From positions 64,340 to 128,339 of the forward strand of contig JAPONS010000049.1 of assembly GCA_026713825.1 (NCBI GenBank): DNA of 64,000 nt, read 5' to 3'. Made by a program: the position numbers and the translations under genes. The notes under the pieces were generated by a model, which did not search any database, was not told the DNA's origin, and saw only the letters and a program-made list of their open reading frames with translations. Within the stretch, counting starts at the first letter, position 1. Each line of letters opens with the position of its first letter. This stretch comes from Chloroflexota bacterium (GTDB lineage Bacteria > Chloroflexota > Dehalococcoidia > Lucifugimonadales > UBA1127). Below are positions 58,514 through 64,000 of this stretch, piece by piece.

Positions 58514-60859
58514 CTAGGCCTCCGCGGTCGCGGCCTCCGGCTCCTGCTCGAACTTGCCCTGGTAGGCGCAGTTTGTGCACTTCGTTCCCTGCTTGCCGCG
58601 CCGCACCATGAGACTCTCGCACTCCGGGCACGGCTCGGTCAGGGGCTGCTGGTTGACGGTGAAGTTGCACGAGGGGTAGTTGGCGCAGCCGTAGAATGTG
58701 GAGCGGCGCGAGCCCCGCCTGGCCTGGCGCTCAATCAGGTCGCCGCCGCACTTGGGGCATGCGACGCCCGTTTTGACCAGGATGGGCTTGGCGTTCTTGC
58801 ACCGCGGGAAGCCGGTGCAGGAAAGGAAGCTGGACCCCCACCGGTTCTTCTTGAGGGCCATTGGTCTGCCGCACTTCTCGCAGAGCTCGTCGGTGATTTC
58901 CGGCTCGGCGGGTTCGGGGGCCGCGCCCTCAGTTGGGACGGGCTTGGCGTTGCGGCACTCCGGGAAGCCGCTGCAGGACATGAAGGTGCGGCCCCAGCGG
59001 TTCTTCTTCAGGATCATGGGTTTGCCGCACAGGTCGCAGTCCTCGCCCGCGGCGATGCCCGAGCGCGGCGCGGCGCCCGCCGTGGCCTCGAGGCTGGAGG
59101 AGAAGGGCCCGTAGAAATCGCCGAGCAGCGCCCGCCAGTCGCGGGATCCCTGCGCGACCTCGTCGAGTTCCTCCTCCAGCTTGGCGGTGAAGTCGAGGTT
59201 GACTACCTGGTTGAAGTGCTCGTTCAGGAAGTCGTTGACCCGGCGGCCGATGGGCGTCGGGACAAGGCGCCCCTGGTCGCGCTTCACGTAGTCGCGCTCC
59301 TGGATGGTCGAGACGATGGCGGCGTAGGTGCTGGGCCGCCCGATGCCGCGCTCCTCGAGCGCGCGCACCAGCGTTGCCTCCGAGAAGCGGGGCGGCGGCT
59401 CCGTGAAGTGCTGGGCCGGCATCAGCGACTTGCAACTGAGCGCATCGCCGGCCGCGAGGGGAGGCAGCATCTTCGAGTCATCGTCCTCCGACGCCTCGTC
59501 GCGGCCCTCCAGGTACAGCGCGCGGAAGCCGGGGAAGGTAAGCACTGATCCCGTCGCGCGGAAGAGGTAGGCGGGCCTGGACTCCGCCGCGGCGTCGATG
59601 TCGGCGGTGGTGCGCTCCACCTCGGCGTCCGCCATCTGGCAGGCGACGGTGCGCTTCCAGATGAGGTCGTACATCCGGAACTGGTCGGCGGAGAGGTGGC
59701 GCTTGAGCGATTCCGGAGTGCGCATTGAGGACGTCGGGCGGATGGCCTCGTGGGCCTCCTGCGCGCCCTTCACCTTGCTCGCGAACGCGCGCGGCTTCGA
59801 GGGCACGTAGCGCTCGCCGTACTCCCGCTTGATGTAGTCGCGCGTCTCGGCGAGGGCCGAGGCCGCGAGGTTCGTGGAGTCCGTGCGCATGTAGGTGATG
59901 AGGCCGACGGCGCCCTCGCTGCCGAGGTTGACGCCCTCATAGAGCGACTGCGCCACAGACATGGCCTTGCGCGCGGAGAAGCGCAGCTTGCGCCACGCCT
60001 CCTGCTGCATCGTGCTGGTGATGAACGGGGCGGAGGGCCGCTGCTTTACCGGCCGTTTCCGAACGTCGGCCACCTTGAACGTCGCGCCCTTCAAGTCGGC
60101 CAGGACGGAGGTGGCGGCCGCCTCGTCGGGGATGGTGAGCGCCTTGCGGTCACCCTGCCGGGAGTGCAGCCGTGCGGCGAACTCGACGGCGTCCTTCACG
60201 TCGGACTTGCGGAGCGCGGCCTCAATGGACCAGCTCTCAACGGGGACGAAGGCCTCAATCTCCAGCTCGCGGTCGACGACGATGCGGAGCGCGGCGGACT
60301 GCACGCGCCCGGCCGTCAGCCCCCGGTACATCAGGTGCTTGCCGACAAGGGGGCTGAGCTTGTAGCCGACAAGCCGGTCGAGCACCCGGCGGGCCTGCTG
60401 CGCGTCGACGAGGTCCATGTCGATGTCGCGCGGGTGGCTGAAGGCCTCGTTCACCGCGGACTCGGTGATCTCGTGGAAGACGACGCGCTGGGTCTTCTTC
60501 GGCACCACCTTGCGCTCCCGGAGGGCTTCCAGCAGGTGCCAGGAGATGGCCTCGCCTTCGCGGTCGGGGTCTGTCGCGAGGAACACCGTTGGGGCCTTGG
60601 CGGCGGCGGCGGCGATCTCCTCGACCAGTTCGGTCTTGCTCTGCCGGGCGCGACCGCCGCGTTCCCCGCGCCTCGAACCCCCGTCAGGTTCGACTACGTA
60701 GCTGGGCTCAAAGTTGCGCTCAACGTCGACGCCAAGGCCTCGGAGGGGCAGGTCGCGCACATGGCCCAGGGACGCCATCACCGTGTGCTTGTTCCCCAGG
60801 ATGCGCTCTATGGTCCGCGCCTTTGTCGGCGACTCTACGATTACCAGGTCCTTTGCCAT
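58514..60859 (-). CDS. topA: DNA topoisomerase I
   Basis: Toprim N-terminus LVIVESPTKARTI, active-site region ITYMRTDS, and several C-terminal C4 zinc ribbons (CDLCGKPM..., CEKCGRPM..., CPKCGG...). Confidence 0.93.
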   Translation of the reverse strand: MAKDLVIVESPTKARTIERILGNKHTVMASLGHVRDLPLRGLGVDVERNFEPSYVVEPDGGSRRGERGGRARQSKTELVEEIAAAAAKAPTVFLATDPDREGEAISWHLLEALRERKVVPKKTQRVVFHEITESAVNEAFSHPRDIDMDLVDAQQARRVLDRLVGYKLSPLVGKHLMYRGLTAGRVQSAALRIVVDRELEIEAFVPVESWSIEAALRKSDVKDAVEFAARLHSRQGDRKALTIPDEAAATSVLADLKGATFKVADVRKRPVKQRPSAPFITSTMQQEAWRKLRFSARKAMSVAQSLYEGVNLGSEGAVGLITYMRTDSTNLAASALAETRDYIKREYGERYVPSKPRAFASKVKGAQEAHEAIRPTSSMRTPESLKRHLSADQFRMYDLIWKRTVACQMADAEVERTTADIDAAAESRPAYLFRATGSVLTFPGFRALYLEGRDEASEDDDSKMLPPLAAGDALSCKSLMPAQHFTEPPPRFSEATLVRALEERGIGRPSTYAAIVSTIQERDYVKRDQGRLVPTPIGRRVNDFLNEHFNQVVNLDFTAKLEEELDEVAQGSRDWRALLGDFYGPFSSSLEATAGAAPRSGIAAGEDCDLCGKPMILKKNRWGRTFMSCSGFPECRNAKPVPTEGAAPEPAEPEITDELCEKCGRPMALKKNRWGSSFLSCTGFPRCKNAKPILVKTGVACPKCGGDLIERQARRGSRRSTFYGCANYPSCNFTVNQQPLTEPCPECESLMVRRGKQGTKCTNCAYQGKFEQEPEAATAEA

Positions 60860-60866
60860 ACACCCT

Positions 60867-61988
60867 CTAGCGGGCCGCTCCGTACCGGGCGGCCGTTTCC
60901 ATCACTCTAATATAACGCATTGCGCCCACCTGCTTGACCAGTCCCTTGATTTCCAGTAGGGAAAGCGTGCTGCTGACATTGGCGACAGGCAGCGCCGACT
61001 GCCGCCGCACCTCGTCGATGTGGATGGGCTCCGCGCCGATGTGCTGCAGCACCTCCGCCTCGATGCCCTCGGGCACGGGCATGGGCATGAAGCCGGGCAA
61101 CGCCGGCTGCTGATCCAGCCGCATCACGTTCAGCTCCTCCAAAACGTCGGCGGCGTCGGTCACCAGCTTGGCGCCGTCCTGAACCAGCCGGTTCGCGCCG
61201 AGGCTGGTGGGCGAGAAGATGCTGCCGGGCACGGCGAAGACGTCGCGGCCCTGGTCGAGCGCGAACCGCACCGTGTGCATGACGCCGCTGTCCATCGGCG
61301 CCTCGACGACAAGCACCCCCAGCGACAGCCCGCTCAGCAGCCGGTTCCGGCGGGGGAAGTTGCGCGAGTCGGGTCGGACGCCAAGCGGGTACTCGGACAC
61401 CAGCGCGCCGTTTTCGGCGACGCGCAGCGCCAGCTGCTTGTGGTCGGCGGGGTAGATGACATCTACGCCCGTTCCCATGACGGCAATGGTGCGGCCGCCG
61501 GAATCGAGCGCCGTCGTGTGCGCGATGGCGTCGATGCCCCGCGCGAGGCCGCTGATGATCGTGACGCCAGCTGCCGCGAGGTCCCTCACCAGGGACGCGC
61601 AAGCCTCGCGGCCGTAGGCCGACGCCCGGCGCGTGCCCACCACGGAGACGCCGCACGTGTCCTCGGGAGTGAAGCCGCCCTTGAAGTAGAGCACGGGGGG
61701 CGGATCGTAGATCTCCTTGAGCGCGGCGGGGTAATCGGCATCATGCCAGTTGACGGCACGGACGCCCGCCTGATTGAGCTGCTCCATCCCGCGGTCCGGG
61801 TCGATGGCGGAGCGTCGCGAAGTCACTTGCTGCAGCACGCTTGCGGTGAGCCCGGCGGCCTTGAGCGTCGAGGCCGGCGCCTCCCATGCCTCTCGCATGG
61901 TCGGGAAAGCGGCCTCCAGCAACCGCATCCGCACGGTGCCGATTGAGGGGATGCGGGAGAAGGCCACCCAGTATTTGATGTCATCCAT
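60867..61988 (-). CDS. dprA: DNA processing protein DprA (Smf)
   Basis: Start at MDDIKYWVAFSRIPSIG. Rossmann-like core VVGTRRASAYG...IISGLARGIDAIAH...GTGVDVIYP. Confidence 0.88.
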   Translation of the reverse strand: MDDIKYWVAFSRIPSIGTVRMRLLEAAFPTMREAWEAPASTLKAAGLTASVLQQVTSRRSAIDPDRGMEQLNQAGVRAVNWHDADYPAALKEIYDPPPVLYFKGGFTPEDTCGVSVVGTRRASAYGREACASLVRDLAAAGVTIISGLARGIDAIAHTTALDSGGRTIAVMGTGVDVIYPADHKQLALRVAENGALVSEYPLGVRPDSRNFPRRNRLLSGLSLGVLVVEAPMDSGVMHTVRFALDQGRDVFAVPGSIFSPTSLGANRLVQDGAKLVTDAADVLEELNVMRLDQQPALPGFMPMPVPEGIEAEVLQHIGAEPIHIDEVRRQSALPVANVSSTLSLLEIKGLVKQVGAMRYIRVMETAARYGAAR

Positions 61989-62092
61989 GAAGTCCACTAT
62001 ACAACGGAGAGAAGGATTGGTGCAGACGCGATTTGATCTCAAAGCTGTGAAATACGGGCAGCAACTTGAGCCCCGGTGTATAGGGCCGGCGT

Positions 62093-62611
62093 CTACTTAT
62101 CCCGGGTGGTCGTCCTGGTGCGCCTCTGCCCCCTTCTCGGAGGCGGTTGCTCTGATGGAGCAGCAGAGGCCCGCGTGGGGCGATAAGTCGGCGACGACTC
62201 AGCCACACGCTGAGCGGCGCCCGTCGGCCCCCTTAATCCCTGGAGGACCTGAATTGGCGTCGGGATGAGCCACTCATGCCCCGCTTTGGAGGCCCCCAGC
62301 ACCCGGCCTTGCTTGGCGAGCTCTCGTATCCGGCGGTCTGAGACACCAAGCTCCGCTGCGGCCCATTTCACCGTGACTGCGGACGGAACAGCGGCCTCCG
62401 GTTCCCCTTCCAGCCTGAACTCAAAGGGGTCGCTCTGGGCCATTGTGCTGAACTCGTGGACCAGAAAGCCGACCACATCGCCATTGTCATCCAGGCGCTT
62501 GAGAATGCGGTCGTCCTCCGTTGGCACGAAGATCCCCTCGCGGAAGCCCCAAAGGACCTCAAGCATGTCCCCATCGCGGTCAAACCACACCGAGACCGTT
62601 TGGCTCTGCAT
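62093..62611 (-). CDS. DUF2283 domain + helix-turn-helix protein (putative antitoxin)
   Basis: VWFDRDGDMLEVLW...GDVVGFLVHEF (DUF2283 pattern), then VTVKWAAAELGVSDRRIRELAKQGRV (HTH). Adjacent to a small toxin-like gene with a 2-nt gap. Confidence 0.55.
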   Translation of the reverse strand: MQSQTVSVWFDRDGDMLEVLWGFREGIFVPTEDDRILKRLDDNGDVVGFLVHEFSTMAQSDPFEFRLEGEPEAAVPSAVTVKWAAAELGVSDRRIRELAKQGRVLGASKAGHEWLIPTPIQVLQGLRGPTGAAQRVAESSPTYRPTRASAAPSEQPPPRRGQRRTRTTTRDK

Positions 62612-62613
62612 CT

Positions 62614-62928
62614 CTATCCTCCCGGGACACGGCTGATCAAATAGCCCGTTACTATGAATCCCGACTCCGGCTCATGTTTTACCACTAGACAGAGGTAGAG
62701 CATCCTTCCCCACCTATCAGATACGAGACGGTAGTAGAGCACAACGGTGGGGTCAGATCTAGAGGGTCTTTTGGCCGCTGGTTGGGCAAGGGTTTCCTCG
62801 AACCGCCCCAGGCAGTAGGCCACTTCAGGGTGTCTTTCGAGGATGTGCCGCAGCCGTTCGTCAGTAAGCCTGACGACGTTGCCCTGATCATCGACAAAGC
62901 TCCTCAGGGATGACTCCACGTATTGCAA
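62614..62928 (-). CDS. Small toxin-like protein (LTDERLRHILERHPE motif; BECR/RelE-like fold suspected)
   Basis: 104 aa. The HIxxRHPE motif and YLCLVVK...FIVTGY beta strands resemble small nuclease-toxin families. The assignment is tentative. Confidence 0.4.
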   Translation of the reverse strand: MQYVESSLRSFVDDQGNVVRLTDERLRHILERHPEVAYCLGRFEETLAQPAAKRPSRSDPTVVLYYRLVSDRWGRMLYLCLVVKHEPESGFIVTGYLISRVPGG

Positions 62929-62984
62929 CTCTACCGATAACTATGCCATGTTCGGAATACTTTGTCAAGAGGGCGATTTACTTG

Positions 62985-63075
62985 TGGCGGAGAGGGCGGG
63001 ATTCGAACCCGCGAGGACCTTGTGAGCCCTACGCGCTTTCCAGGCGCGCCTGTTCGTCCACTCCAGCACCTCTCC
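62985..63075 (-). tRNA. tRNA-Ser (anticodon GGA), class II with long variable arm, CCA encoded
   Basis: Reverse complement: GGAGAGG-TG-CTGGAGTGGACGAACAGG-CGCGC-CTGGAAA-GCGCG-TAGGGCTCACAAGGTCCTC-GCGGG-TTCGAAT-CCCGC-CCTCTCC-G-CCA. It has a 7-bp acceptor stem, a T-loop TTCGAAT, and GGA in the anticodon loop. Confidence 0.9.
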
Positions 63076-63175
63076 GAGCGGGACGGGCGTTCCACGACGG
63101 CGCAAAGCCGAATTGGAACATTTCCAGTATGGACACCGCGCTGTTGGCGTGTCAACGACGGCGCGCCACCGCGTC

Positions 63176-64000
63176 CTACAGATCGCGGACGGCTTGCTCT
63201 ATGGCGTTTGTGGCCTCCTGGTACGGCGTGACGGGGGAGAACGTCAACGGCTCGCCGAAGCGGACCTCCACGGAACCGCGCTTGAGGGCCGGGAACCGGA
63301 CCGGCGCGCCCAGCCGGTGGATGTGAAGCTTGAGCGGCACGACGGGCAGCCTGCCTTCCACGGCGACCATGCCGGTGCCGTTCATGAAGGGCTTGATGGG
63401 GCCGCCGACGGTGAGCTTGCCTTCAGGGTAGATGAGCACCGACCACCCGTTGTCCAGGATCTTCCCCATGTTCTCAAGGCTTGGCCGGACCGGCCCTTCC
63501 TGCGCGATGGGAAACCCGTTGCCCAGGAGCGGATTTATGACCCAGAACACTGGGTTCTTCCAGAGGGAGGCCGCGCCGGCAATCGCCAACCGCCGGCGCC
63601 ATGCGTGTGGGACTGCCTTGATGATGAGCGGGTTGTCCAGGCCCAGATGGTGGTTGGACGCGAAGAGTACGGGGCCGTCGATGCCCTGCAAGTGCTCCCG
63701 TCCCGTGACTTTCAGGCCATAGGGGAGCTTGAGCAACGGAAACACAAGCAATCGCTGGAGCGCGCCCCTGGCCATGCGGCACCACCAGTGCATGCCCCAG
63801 CCCGGGAACCGGGTGAGGGGCGGGTTGTTCGCGCCCTCCTCCAGCACATTCTCCAACTGCCGGACGGTGGTCCTGGGGCCTACCTGGTTCTCATCAAGGT
63901 ACGCGCCGAGGTCCGCCTCGATTGCCGAGAGCAGCTCGACCCTGCCGAGGGAATCGAGGTTGAGGTCGTCGCCCAACGTCATGTTCGGCCCGACGGCCGA
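63176..64000 (-). CDS. Acyl-carrier-domain + PlsC-type (1-acyl-sn-glycerol-3-phosphate) acyltransferase fusion; 5' end outside window
   Basis: Phosphopantetheine site LNLDSLGRVEL, then acyltransferase motifs NHHLGLD (HX4D) and IYPEG. The frame stays open upstream of the M at 63982 to the window edge. Confidence 0.75.
   Translation of the reverse strand, partial: SAVGPNMTLGDDLNLDSLGRVELLSAIEADLGAYLDENQVGPRTTVRQLENVLEEGANNPPLTRFPGWGMHWWCRMARGALQRLLVFPLLKLPYGLKVTGREHLQGIDGPVLFASNHHLGLDNPLIIKAVPHAWRRRLAIAGAASLWKNPVFWVINPLLGNGFPIAQEGPVRPSLENMGKILDNGWSVLIYPEGKLTVGGPIKPFMNGTGMVAVEGRLPVVPLKLHIHRLGAPVRFPALKRGSVEVRFGEPLTFSPVTPYQEATNAIEQAVRDL

Noticed and set aside
62985-63075. tRNA-Sec (selC), because of the long variable arm and selB in the window.
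   Set aside because: The anticodon loop is CT-GGA-AA (Ser, GGA) rather than TCA. The acceptor stem is 7 bp with a normal class II Ser architecture.
1-64000. rRNA genes, CRISPR arrays, IS elements/transposases, prophage blocks.
   Set aside because: None were seen on either strand. The only RNA gene I can support is tRNA-Ser, and the only recombinase is the Xer-type gene.

Overview
High-GC bacterial chromosomal window with about 60 genes. Gene content and repeat families look Chloroflexota-like (TIGR03662/TIGR03663 'Chlor_Arch_YYY' membrane proteins, many Rieske/SDR/CoA-transferase catabolic genes), but the taxon is inference only. I saw no rRNA, CRISPR array, transposase or prophage. Main blocks: (1) catabolic and transport genes, including two Rieske oxygenase paralogs, an ABC-2 exporter, SDRs, a cupin, tandem MFS transporters, a CoA-transferase plus CitE-like lyase pair, and DUF3500; (2) an ftsY-led operon with two giant GT-C-like membrane proteins, a flippase-like protein and an FAD oxidoreductase; (3) a NuoE~NuoF fusion plus a NuoG-like gene; (4) rplS with a long acidic tail, then priA; (5) selB, followed without a gap by a DUF429-like / NurA / HAS-barrel-only / HerA cassette; (6) an ogg-dinG-xerC-topA-dprA block on the minus strand; (7) four toxin-antitoxin-like pairs, one tRNA-Ser(GGA), and several visibly low-GC islets carrying orphan genes. 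The best-supported new observation is a gene the ORF track truncates: an ArsC/Spx-family gene at 53154-53507. It has an in-frame TGA exactly at the catalytic Cys position, followed by a SECIS-like hairpin, and selB lies in the same window, so it is a probable selenoprotein. Other leads are the selB-coupled NurA/HerA cassette, an RHH antitoxin whose partner is a PTP-fold protein with Cys->Asp in the P-loop, and a low-GC orphan with a PD-(D/E)xK-like pattern. Further leads are REP-like repeat units translated inside CDSs, a cassette insertion bracketed by a ~150-bp duplication, a shared GACGAAACAA upstream motif, and apparently leaderless tandem MFS genes with identical promoters. Many long ORFs in the track are antisense or out-of-frame artefacts of the high GC content and are not reported as genes.
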